Under the pieces are notes generated by a model. It ran no database searches and was not told where the DNA came from. It saw only the letters and a program-made list of their open reading frames with translations. 64,000 nucleotides of DNA. It comes from Callorhinchus milii. Its lineage: Eukaryota. The position numbers and the translations under genes were made by a program. How positions within the stretch are numbered: position 1 is the first letter of the stretch; every line of letters begins with the position of its first letter. Below are positions 24,106 to 35,299 of the stretch, one piece after another. The DNA lies in NCBI RefSeq assembly GCF_018977255.1, contig NW_024704742.1:40736001-40800000 (forward strand), read 5' to 3'.

Positions 24106-27100
24106 TATACTTAAACAGGTTTACAGAGCTATGCTTAATGCTTAAAGAATGATCTAGTTTCACCCATTAGCTCGACTCTTTTTTATCAACTTATACTTGC
24201 ATAGGTGCTCCGTTACTCTGTCTCTGTTGATCGATTTCTCCTGCTGGTGTCCAGGTCAACATTTTTCACTTATCAACATCCACCAAAATGAGATTAGTTG
24301 ATCTTTCATCTCACTTCTACTTGTGGGACATCTTTGGTTCAGATTAGAGACCAGGTTTTCTAACCTAACACAGTAACTGCACTTCAAAGTGAAGGGCTTT
24401 GAGATGTTTCAACTTGATATGGCACTGCATCAAATGCAATTATCATCATTAACCACGGTTCATTAATTCACACATACAGGAAATATGGCATTTAAAACTT
24501 TTTCAAATTTATGATACATGCTTTGAATGCAATTGTATTGTTCTGCTCACTTACACAATTTATACTAGGCTTGGAGAGCCTAGTATAAAGTCTGTAGTTG
24601 ATGACTATGCCTATGAGTGGATTGAATGCAGATTTAATTCTGGTCAACAGAAGGCAGTGCATGTGCTGGAAATTCATGCTAATTATTGTGTTGCAGTTAT
24701 CTATCTACTTTCAAGTCCAGACTTATCCTTACAAATTAATACTGTACTCTGTCTCAAAATATGTATTTACATGCATCTACATTGCAAATAATTTATAATA
24801 ATTGAACTCAGTGATATCAACTGAAGTAGTATTAAATGAATCTTAAATAGGATTTGGCAATACTTCTGACGTGTATGAAACAGTAAAAATGCTTATGTAT
24901 TGTTTATAATGTATCAGCTTTTACTTGTTATGATTAATTTTTTTTAAAGGAAAATGAAGCTCATTTATTTGGGTATTTCATCTTTGATACCTCTTCAAAA
25001 GATAACTATCACAGCGATCATTTTATATCACTGCAATCTTCCCATGGTGCCTCTCCACTACAATTTAAACTAGGTTTACTGCCAATTTTGATAGTCAACT
25101 TCTTGTGTTGAATACTAGTTGTCAGAGAAACAAGAACAAAGTACAAAGGAGTGGAGCATCCAAATGATTCACCTTGTAATGTTAGCCCTCCAGCCAGATT
25201 TAAATTGTGAAACCAAGATAAGGATTGCACATTAAACATTTAATGGTCAATATTTAAACCCTTCAAATCTTAGAGCTACAGTACTCTATACTACGAATAA
25301 TTTCTACCTGATCACTAAGCAATGCTTATATACTCATATAGCAATGAATATACTCATCATTCATTGAATACAATTCGGTTATTACTGTAAATAAATTACG
25401 TCTTGAGAACTGAAGGGTGTCGCTGCTTAGAGAGAAACATCTTCAATCACCCTTTATTTTCTCAAAGTATATTCTATAAATCAATAGACTGGGATTTTTC
25501 ATGGTCTTAACTTTAAAATTTAAGATCTTAAAGAATTTTGAAAAAAATCTAAAATTCAATCTTAATATGAAAGCCATTGTATTCCAATTCTTAAACAGAA
25601 TTGTAGATAAACTACTTCCAAATTAAAACTGAATTATAGATTTTCTTCAAAATTGTTAGATCTTGTTTTTTAAGATAATGGCATTGAGACTAATAACCTA
25701 TGTCAAATATAACAATTTATTTAACTCAACAGAAGTTGATACATTGTTCAGTACTTTCAAAGTTTCTGAACAGCTTTTAAATTAAGTCTCTGTTTTTACC
25801 TCCAACACAAATAGGCCACATTGTCAGGCTTTAAGCCAAGATAATTATACTCCATTGTATAGCAATATGGAGCAAGAATCAGATCAACATGTTTTTACAG
25901 ATCATAATACAGATCAACGGCAAATTCATTGATCTTAGCTGGGAAGCTGAGCTACTCTCTACTGCTCAGTAAATGTACTGACCTTGACCATGGAAGCTTA
26001 TTGTGGGATTTTTCCATTAGAAACTCACACCTCCAAAGTCAGAAGATTTACTGATGTGTGGAGAATCAGCACAAATTAATTTTTAAGAGGTGGTTATTTA
26101 AAACAGAGTCCAGTGGAATGCGAAAATCCAATTGATCCGTGCTGCCAATGTTTTCTTTTCCAATTTTCCCCCCACCTTTTCTGAAGGGGTTTGACTTTTT
26201 CTGTCTGTGGTCCCACGGTTGACAGACACCCACTGTACTGAGGCCATTAATCATCTTTGTGTGTTTTTCAGCCTTGAAAGTCAGTGGGAAGCTGCTGATT
26301 CTTATCTATTTTACTCAGTTTATCAATTTTGAAATCCAAAGTTTTTGTCCCACGTCGTCATCAATTTAAAGAACACATTAGTTCCCATTTAAAACCCTCC
26401 TTCAATTGTTTTTTGTCAAAGTAAAACTGAATCATAGCTCCACTCAACCTTTGTTGTCCAGTGGAGCCTGAAAATCTCAATACAGCACTGAACTGTTATG
26501 GCCGTGTGTGTGATTGGCCGGTGATGTTGGTTCAGAGGGAGGAAGAAATGGAGTGTAGAGTGGGGGCAGTGGTAGGAGCAGTGGCAGAACAGGTGGGGTA
26601 GGTAGACGACTTGGGGAGTGCCGGGGGACAGGGAAGAGGAAGAGGATGCTGTCTATCTTTGATATATTTTCTTTCCAATCCTTTACAAATGTAAGTGATA
26701 AGATTTAATCCCCTTCAGAGATTTCATGACAATAATATATTATAGAGGTCAAGGGGTACTTTGCTCGTTCTCACTTTGATGAGCCGCTGACGGGCAAGGT
26801 AGGGGTGAGGCGGAGGAATTGAGACAGAGACTTCCATAGTTTGGGGATGTGATGGCTGAAAGTGCAGCCACCAATGGTGGAGAGGAGGGGTAAGGGATGT
26901 GCAGGAGGAGACAGGATCCTCCAACAAGATTACAGTAGATACTGTCCTCTGAAACTCGAACAGCAGGGGAGTAAAGGCCAGCGAAAGTAAAGCACGAAAG
27001 ACATTAGCCAACAATTTCTAAACACTTTAAACTCTCATTTCCCAACAGCTCGGAGCTGTCCAGCCACAGGAGATGTGTGTGTGTGTGCGTGCGAGGGAGG

Positions 27101-27586
27101 TGCCTGCCAGGGAGAGCCATGTAAAGCCACTCCCTGCACACATGCACTGGGGATCCGATTGGCTGTGAAGTATGGGGTGAGAGGGAGCGGGGAGCGGGGG
27201 TGGCATTCCCTGGGAACAGGAGTCAAGGAGTGCCGCCTTGTGCCAGGGAACACAGCCCCGGGGGCAAGTGAAGGGAGGGGGAGCCACCAGATGGCTGCGA
27301 GAGTGTGCATGTGTGTGAAATCACAGCGAATGCAAACCAGGTTTCACCCCAGCAGGGAAACCCAGACAAAATGTGTTGTAACCTGGCCCCAATACCACGT
27401 ATGAGCGAGCAGTGGATCCTGACAGGCGTGTAACATTGTTAGCTTAGCATCAGTTGAGAGAGAAAGTGAAAGTCCCGCAGCACTGTGTCAGAGGTGTGGG
27501 GGTCTCCTGGCAACCTTGTGTGGTCCTGTGTGGATGTTCAAGCTTTACACTGAGAGCCCAGCAGCTTGTGTCTGTACAGAATACTG

Positions 27587-27760
27587 TAATAATAATCTTT
27601 AATCGTATTTGATATGGCACTTCTCACGTCTTCTAGACGTCTCAAAGCGATCCGCCAATCAACTGACAACCGGCTTCCTATTTACCGCTAGGTGAACAGA
27701 GGCATGTGGAGTAAGGAAACTTGCCCAACGTTTCGCCCTGTCCAGGAATCGAACCCAGGC
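27587..27760 (-). mobile_element. SINE variant with extended CORE-like segment
   Basis: TTGGGCAAGTTTCCTTACTCCACATGCCTCTGTTCACCTAGCGGTAAATAGGAA, then an L2-type tail. Confidence 0.75.
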
Positions 27761-28319
27761 TGTGTGTCCTGTGGTACCAGTCTGCTCCACCTGCCCACTC
27801 TCGGCTCTCTCCCCGCTGTTGCACGTTTCACACGTTCCCTCGGTTACCAGTGATTGGATATAACAATGGCACGAAAGGCCAGGCACGGCTGCATTATTTA
27901 TACATATATATAATTTAAACCTTTCCATTTGATGTATCGCCCTTCAATCAAGAGCCTCACTCAAAGCAGTCATACTATATTTACCGTAAGCAAATGTAAT
28001 AGCAATTTGGGGTCTCCAGTTTTCATCAGTAAATATGGATTTAGTTGTAAGAGAGAAAAAGTCTAAGACTTTCTAAAGTGACTTGACACTATGTAATGCA
28101 AAGCAAATACTGTATAACTTTATTTAGAGTATTAATATTCAAGAGATCCGGTTGAATGTTAGGTTGAATGTGAGACCCTCTTGATTGAAAGACACTAATA
28201 CAAATGTCATTTGTTGTTGTTGTTGTGGTGGTGGTGGCGGAACCGTTTGCTTTACTTTTCTCGCGTGAAAAGACGACATTGGCATCCAAGTAAGACTCGG
28301 GTTTAAAGAAAAAAAACAT

Positions 28320-28325
28320 TTTATT
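28320..28325 (-). terminator. Candidate polyadenylation signal AATAAA of FGFBP1
   Basis: AATAAA about 1.3 kb after the stop, at the end of a U-rich 3'UTR-like stretch. A second AATAAA is at 28119-28124. Confidence 0.5.
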
Positions 28326-29062
28326 TAAATACGCACAACTTTGTTTTTACAATGAGCTGATACAAACCTCCCGTCCTATATAAAAATATTGATTGTTTTT
28401 CTTAAAAAAAACACACACACACACACACAGAGCAACGAGTGAAACAAGGCTGAGGCTTGAGCAAAAAGTAAAGCTTCCATCTGAAGAGCAGTGAAAGTGG
28501 ACAAAGTGTGACACCAAATAAAAAGTGTGTGTGGGGGGGGGGGGGATTGGAGAAGTTTTTTTTAATTGCAACACTCAAGGCAGTGCATCATCTATAAAAT
28601 ATATTTTACAAAACTGCCCCAGAGAAGGAGCACCACCAACACAATGCAATAGTTTATCAAAACCTGGAGTTTTGGGGAAAAAGGGGTATTACAAATTGTT
28701 TGGGAAGTCGCAAGTGATAGCAACGTGTGCGACATGTGTTGGGAGGTGTCCTCCCAGGGGACCAGCGAGTGGTAATAGCTGTCCAGAAAAAAAAAGTACA
28801 TGGTATTAAAGTAGTTAAACGGTAAATAATTGCGATCTATAACCTCTCCTGTTAATAAATTAAAGAGACACACTCGAAACTTTTTTTTTACACACACGAT
28901 TTAGACATCAGCCACACAAGTAGCCTCATCCTTTTAAGCAGTGAAAGTTAAACACACCCCCAAAACACACACACACACACAACACACGAAAAGAAAATAC
29001 ATTCTGAAAATGGGCCACAGAGCAACAGAGACCACACAGTGATTAAAAACCAGGACAAGTGT

Positions 29063-29592
29063 GAGGGGAGAGAGGGGAGGGGAGGGGAGAGGGGGGGGGG
29101 GGGAGAGAGGGGAGAGAGATGGGGGGGGAGAGAGATGGGGGGGGAGAGAGATGGGAGGGAGAGAGAGGGGAGAGAGATGGGGGGAGAGATGGGGGGGGAG
29201 ACAGGGGGGAGGGAGACAGGGGGAGGGAGACAGGGGGAGAGAGATGGGGGGAGACAGGGAGAGGGGGAGGGAGAGAGAGAGAGAGAGACGGAGGGGAGAG
29301 AGGGGGAGAGACGGGTAGAGAGATGGGGGAGGGGAGAGATGGGGGGGAGAGAGGGGGGAAGAGATGGGGAGGGGAGAGATGGGGGGAGGGAGACAGGGGG
29401 AGAGAGATGGGGGGGGAGACAGGGAGAGGGGGAGAGACGGAGTAGAGAGATGGGGGAGGGGGAGAGATGGGGGGAGAGAGGGAGGGAGGGAGAGAGAGAG
29501 AGAGGGAGGAGGGGGAGAGATGGGGGGGAGAGAGGGAGAGAGAGAGAGAGAGAGAGGGAGAGACAGGTAGAGGGAGACAGACAGAGAGAGGG
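29063..29592. repeat. Polypurine/polypyrimidine low-complexity tract (GGGGGAGAGAGAT-like) at the start of the FGFBP1 3'UTR
   Basis: About 530 bp almost entirely G/A on the + strand. Confidence 0.95.
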
Positions 29593-29603
29593 CTCTTTGC
29601 CTC

Positions 29604-30333
29604 TCAGCCATTGAAGGTCTGAACCATCAGTTTGCAGAGAGAGCTCCAACCTTCACTGCAGTACCGCGCGGCCACCTCGGCCGGATCACGATAGTCGGAG
29701 TCACCGGTGTCCTCCCCCTCCTCCCCCCCGGGCTTCCCCCCCTCTCACCCCGGGCTTCCCCCCCTCCCCCGGCTTCCCCCCCTCCCCCGGCTTCCCCCCC
29801 TCCCCCGGCGGCTTCCCCCCCTCCTCCCCCCCGGGCTTCCCCCCCTCCTGGCCGAGCCCGAGGCCGGGCAGGAGGCTGGAGCGGCTGAGGCCGAGGTGCG
29901 CGGCCCGGGGGCCGGCCCGGCAGACCTTGGTCTTGAGCAGCGCGGCTTTGGCGGCGCAGAGGCCCCTCTGCTTCTTCAGGGCGCGGGCGATCTGCTTCCA
30001 GTAGCTCCCGGCGTCGCTGCGGTACTTGGCGCAGGCCGAGGGCAGCCCCGAGAACTCGCACCAGAAGTCGGCCTCGCCCTGTCGGCACTGGACCCGGAGC
30101 AGCCGACTCCCCGCCGCCGCCTCCGCCGCCGCCCCTTCCCCGCTCACGGCCCAGGTGCACTCCGCCTTCTCCCGGTTCACGAACTTGCCCCGGGTGGCCG
30201 CCTCCTTGCCTCGCCTCCTGCCGCCCCGGCCTTTACCCCGGCCCCGGTCCCGGGCGGCGGCGCCGGCGGTCAACAGCAGCTGCTGAGCCGCGCAGAGCAG
30301 CAACAGCAGCAGCGCCAGTCTGGGCAGCGCCAT
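29604..30333 (-). CDS. FGFBP1: Fibroblast growth factor-binding protein 1-like, single coding exon, with a 1-nt frameshift near 29736-29742
   Basis: ATG at 30333 gives the signal peptide MALPRLALLLLLLCAAQQ, a basic stretch, then GKFVNREKAECTW..LRVQC..FWCEFSGLPSAC..YWKQIARALKKQRGLC..LKTKVC (six-Cys FGFBP N-domain). The C-terminal FGFBP motif YCSEGWSSLCKLMVQTFNG-stop (TGA at 29604-29606) is in another frame after a run of 7 G. The position next to the PROM1 3' end fits known synteny. Confidence 0.9.
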
Positions 30334-30348
30334 CACACCGTCTGCGGC

Positions 30349-30381
<33 letters not shown>

Positions 30382-30404
30382 GAGCACATCAAACCTGAGG
30401 CCAT

Positions 30405-33003
30405 TGCGACCCCCGACACCCGACCCTCAGCTCCCGACACCCGACCCCCAGCCCTCAGCCCCCAACCCTCAGCCACCAACACCCGACCCTCAGCCCCCAA
30501 CACCCGACCCCCGACCCCCAACACCCGACCCCCAGCCCTCAGCCCCCAACCCTCAGCCACCAACACCCGACCCTCAGCCCCCAACACCCGACCCCCAACA
30601 CCCGACCCCCGACCCCCAACACCCGACCCCAACACCCGACCCCCAACACCCGACCCCAACCACAGCCCTCAGCCCCCGACCCCAACCACAGCCCTCAGCC
30701 CCGACCCCCAACCACAGCCCCCGACACCCGACCCTCAGCTCCCAACACCCGACCCCCAGCACCCGACCCCAACCACAGCCCCCGACACCCGACCCCGCCC
30801 CCAACACCCGACCCCAGCACCCGACCCCAACCACAGCCCCCGACACCCGACCCCCAGCCCCCAACACCCGACCCCAGCACCCGACCCCAATCACAGCCCC
30901 CGACACCCGACCCCCAGCCCCCAACACCCGACCCCAGCCCCCAACACCCGACCCCTCAGCCCCCGACCCCAACCACAGCCCCCAACCCCCAGCCCTCAGC
31001 CCCCAACACCCGACCCCCAGCCCTCAGCCCCCGACCCCAACCACAGCCCCCAACACCCGACCCCTCAGCCCCCAACCCCGACCCCAACACCCGACCCCAG
31101 CCCTCTGCCCCCGACCCCAACCACAGCCCCAACACCCGACCCCCAGCCACAGCCCCCGACCCCAGCCCCCAACACCCAACACCCCACCCCAGCCCTCAGC
31201 CCCCGACCCCAACCACAGCCCCCAACACCCCAACCCCCAGCCACAACCCCCAACCACAACCCCCCAACCCCCAGCCACAACCCCCAACCCACAGCCACAG
31301 CCCCCAACCCCGACCCCAACCCGCAGCCCCCAATTCCAAACCCACAGCCCCCGACCCCCAACCTCCAACTCAAACCCCCAACCCAGCCAGCAACCCCCGA
31401 AACCAACCCCCAGCCTGCAACCCCCAACCCCCAGCCTGCAACTCCCAACCCCCAGCCTGCAACCCCAACCCCCAGCCTGCAACCCCCAACCCCCAGCCTG
31501 CAACCCCCAACCCCCAGCCTGCAACCCCCAACCCCAGCCAGCAACCCCCAGCCTGCAACCCCCAACCCCAGCCACCAACCCCAGCCCCAACCAGCAACCC
31601 CCAACCCCCAGCCAGCAACCCCCAGCCTGCAACCCCCAACCCCCAGCCAGCAACCCCCAACCCCCAGCCAGCAACCCCCAGCCTGCAACCCCCAACCCCA
31701 GCCAGCAACCCCCAGCCTGCAACCCCCAACCCCCAGCCAGCAACCCCCAACCCCCAGCCAGCAACCCCCAACCCCCAGCCAGCAACCCCCAACCCCCAGC
31801 CAGCAACCCCCAACCCCCAGCCAGCAACCCCCAGCCTGCAATCCCCAACCCAGAGCCTGCAACCCCCAGCCAGCAATCCCCCAACCCCCAGCCAGCAACC
31901 CCCAACCCCAGCCTGCAACCCCAACCCCCAGCCTGCAACCCCCAACCCCCAGCCAGCAATCCCCAACCCCCAGCCAGCAACCCCCAACCCCCAGCCAGCA
32001 ACCCCCAGCCTGCAATCCCCAAACCCCAGCCAGCAACCCCCAACCCCCAGCCAGCAACCCCCAGCCTGCAATCCCCAACCCCCAGCCAGCAACCCCCAGC
32101 CTGCAATCCCCAACCCCCAGCCTGCAGTCCCCAACCCCCAGCCTGCAATCCCCAACCCCAGCCAGCAATCCCCAACCCCCAGCCAGCAACCCCCAACCCC
32201 CAGCCAGCAATCCCCAACCCCAGCCAGCAACCCCCAACCCCCAGCCTGCAATCCCCAACCCCAGCCTGCAATCCCCAAACCCCAGCCTGCAGTCCCCAAC
32301 CCCCAGCCAGCAACCCCCAACCCCCAGCCAGCAATCCCCACCCCAGCCAGCAACCCCCAACCCCCAGCCTGCAATCCCCAAACCCCAGCCTGCAACCCCC
32401 AGCCTGCAATCCCCAACTCCCAGCCTGCAATCCCCAACCCCAGCCAGCAACCCCCAGCCTGCAATCCCCAACCCCCAGCCTGCAATCCCCAAACCCCAGC
32501 CTGCAACCCCCAGCCTGCAATCCCCAACCCCAGCCAGCAACCCCCAACCCCCAGCCAGCAACCCCCAGCCTGCAATCCCCAACCCCCAGCCTGCAATCCC
32601 CAACCCCCAGCCAGCAACCCCCAGCCTGCAATCCCCAACCCCCAGCCAGCAACCCCCAGCCTGCAATCCCCAACCCCCAGCCAGCAACCCCCAGCCTGCA
32701 ATCCCCAACCCCCAGCCAGCAACCCCCAGCCTGCAATCCCCAACCCCCAGCCAGCAACCCCCAGCCTGCAATCCCCAACCCCCATCCTGCAACCCCAGCC
32801 TGCAATCCCCAACCCCAGCCTGCAACCCCCAGCCAGCCATCCCAAGCCCCAACCTCCAGCCCCAGCCAGCCATCCCCAGCCACATCCATCCCCATCCCCA
32901 GCAATACCCAACCTCCAGCCCCGACCCCAGCCCCAACACCCAGCTCTAGCCCCAGCAATACCCAGCCCCAATACCCAGCTCTAGCCCCAGCAATACCCAG
33001 CCA
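30405..33003. repeat. Compound C-rich/G-rich minisatellite filling FGFBP1 intron 1
   Basis: Units CCCCAACACCCGACCCC/CCCTCAG (to about 31350), then CCCCCAACCCCCAGCCTGCAA/CCAGCAA (to about 32830), then CCCCAGCAATA. Confidence 0.97.
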
Positions 33004-33067
33004 CCAATGTGATCCATGTGCAAGACTATGCAGCTGAACAGTAAATGATCAATAACCCAGGACTCAC

Positions 33068-33103
33068 CTGGTTTGTGTGGGTACCAGGTCTGACCTCTCC
33101 ACT
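33068..33103 (-). other. FGFBP1: Putative non-coding exon 1 of FGFBP1 (5' end approximate)
   Basis: Strong donor CAG|GTGAGT at 33068/33067, about 60 nt downstream of a TATA box. Matching acceptor (TC)n(TG)n GCCGCAG| at 30342/30341, 8 nt before the ATG. Confidence 0.7.
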
Positions 33104-33126
33104 GGCAATGGCTCTGTCGGCTGAGA

Positions 33127-33134
33127 TTTTTATA
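33127..33134 (-). promoter_or_regulatory. TATA box (TATAAAAA) of FGFBP1
   Basis: Consensus TATA box correctly placed upstream of a short exon ending in a consensus splice donor. Confidence 0.65.
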
Positions 33135-33172
33135 CATTCAGGCAACGCCTCCTACACATGAACGGGGCGTAA

Positions 33173-33832
33173 CTGTGAGTGAGTGTCTCTGTGTGTGAGA
33201 GTTAGTGTCACTCTGTGAGTCTCTCCATGTGTGAGTGAGTGAGTCTGTCTGTGTCTCTGTGAGTGTCCCTGTGTGTGTGAGTGAGTGTCTGTGTGAGTGT
33301 GTATGAGTGAATGTGTGTTCGTATGTGAGTGTGTGAGTGTTTTTGTGTATGAGTGCGTGTCTGTGTGTAAGAGTGTGTGTTTGTCTGTTAGTATTTGTGT
33401 GTGAGTGTTTGTCTGTGTGTGTGAGTGTCTGAGTGTGAATGTGTGTGTTAGTCTGTCTGTGAGTGTAGGTGTGTGTTTGTTTCTGTGTGTGTGTGTGTGT
33501 GTTTGTCTGTCTGTGTTTGAGTGTGTTAATGTCTGTGTGTGTGTGTGTCTCAGTTTGGGTGTTTTTCTGTCTGTGTGTGTGTGTGTTTGTCTGTCTATCT
33601 GTCAGTGTTTGTGAGTTTGTGTGAGTGTGTGTGTGTTTGTCTGTCTATCTGTCAGTGTTTGTGTGAGTGTGTGTGTATGTTTGTCTGTCTGTGTGTGTGG
33701 GGGGGGGGGGGGTTGTGAGTTTGTGTGTTTGTCTAAGTGTTTGCGAGTTTGTGTGTGTGTGTTTGTCTTTCTGTGTGGGAGTGTGTGAGTGTGAGTTTGT
33801 GTGTGTTTGTCTGTTGGTGTGTGTGTGTGTTT
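33173..33832. repeat. Imperfect (GT)n/GTGA/GTCT microsatellite immediately upstream of the FGFBP1 promoter
   Basis: About 660 bp of TG-dominated repeats. Confidence 0.95.
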
Positions 33833-35299
33833 GCCGCTGCCAGGAGACATTACCCGAGCTCTCACTGTGTTTGGATGAAGTTTGGCTCCCAAGCATCTTG
33901 CAAGGTTCACATGGCTCCACAGGGATGGCTTCGCGGTTTTCATTCACCGGCACCACCTGTGTCCACAACTCCCTCCACTGCCGGCTACTGTCCCTCCAGC
34001 AACCGTAACACTGGCAACCGGCTGCACAAGGCGGACAGACCTTAGTGCACCACAGATTGTCTGTCAGTTTGGGAGCCAGAGAAAGCCAAGTACCATGATG
34101 CACGTTGACTGGGTTCCTTTCCATGCTCCATGCTGCACATAGTGTCATGCCATGTGTGCACAACAGTTACTAGTGTCCATCCTTTTGATAACTCCAGGGG
34201 CAACGTGCTGTTAAAGCCAGTGAGATTCACACACCTGTTGTTCAGTGTCCGCAATATCTATATTAACATTTACGGGAGGTTGTCCTCAGGCTGGGCACCG
34301 AGCACTGAGAACCCCAGTGTGCAGGCAGGCTATGGACAGCTTTGATTGAGGTCAGAGATTGCCATAAAAACTGCGGTTTAGGTTAAGATTAGTAGCAGAG
34401 TCTTTGTTTGGAGGTTAGAAACCATTTGAATCTGGTGTTCGGTGTCTCTGAACTGAATTACTGCACAGAAGCTGTTATACCCCAATTGCCTGACCTGCTC
34501 GGATTATCCGAGGTGTAGGGCTGACATCCCATCATATATTAACATTCTGACTGAGACAACTTGGAAAGTACGTGATATTACCTACAGTTTGTATTGTTGT
34601 AGCTAACAACGACGGTGTACAGCGTGCAAATACATATAAGTGAATGCTTTTATATATTTTTTNGAAATATATTTTTATTTATATCCCTGCCCTGCGAGAA
34701 GGCTGCTATATAAATGCAAGTTGTTGTTGTTACTTTCCCTATCAATTTGCTTCAATCTCACATGTTGAAAAACAGCTTCCTCCCCTCCCTTCCTCCCTCC
34801 TGTACACTAATCAAACACTTGCATAACTTTACTGTTCCCCCGCACTAGAATTCAGCAGCTGGAATGGAAGCTTTTATGAAACCTACATACCAATGGCTGT
34901 TGCAACGTGTCTTTCTCATCTGGACTTGTCTCCCCCCACGAGGGGACATGAGAAACCATAGTGTGAGCGGATCCTTTAGGGGGTGGGGTTTGCCCTGTCA
35001 AATGCCATCAGGGAAAAGAAAGTGGGTTTCCTGATCGTTGAGATTCAGAATATAGAAATAACCTCTCAATCAAAACACGAGAAAAGAAGAGAAAGACAAT
35101 TTTGAGATAGTGGTCACTCTTTACTGCAGGACAATAAAGGCACAATTCCTGGAATATGTTTGCCTAAAGAACACACATTCACTGCACTTTAGATTTAATT
35201 CAGTGATGTGCATTGAGACGTGCTCACTATGTGAAGGGACTTATCAAATCCAAGCATTATTAACATTGGAAAATTGCAATTGGGAATTTGCAATATAGT

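Noticed and set aside
25405..25445. Possible further hammerhead (CTGAAGG...GAAACATC)
   Set aside because: Core box deviates from CUGANGA and helix II does not pair convincingly
16580..26400. Repeat-free patches that look like conserved non-coding enhancers (about 16600-16830, 20680-20830, 24600-24700)
   Set aside because: Conservation cannot be assessed from one sequence
2400..28000. CD38/BST1 or other coding exons expected on this side of FGFBP1
   Set aside because: No recognisable exon found by eye; small exons could have been missed
28934..29649. Pro/Ser/Leu and Gly/Glu/Arg ORFs
   Set aside because: Translations of the polypurine tract
30334..30387. Track start of the 228-aa FGFBP ORF (MLLSLSLCVCVC)
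   Set aside because: Non-ATG start inside the intron's TC/TG acceptor tract; the real ATG is at 30333
30405..33003. CRISPR array or telomeric array
   Set aside because: No unique spacers, eukaryotic context, and units are TTGGGG(G)-like mixtures rather than TTAGGG
29707..33037. Very long ORFs (1080, 877, 644, 624 and 533 aa) resembling extensin or mucin
   Set aside because: They are open in several frames on both strands only because the minisatellite lacks stop codons; they overlap FGFBP1 antisense and its intron
33833..34425. Cys-rich minus-strand frames upstream of FGFBP1 considered as FGFBP2 or an LRR pseudogene
   Set aside because: No FGFBP cysteine spacing or convincing LRR pattern, and many stops; more likely upstream regulatory DNA
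34663..34663. Single N base
   Set aside because: Assembly ambiguity, not biology; it does caution that contiguity here may be imperfect
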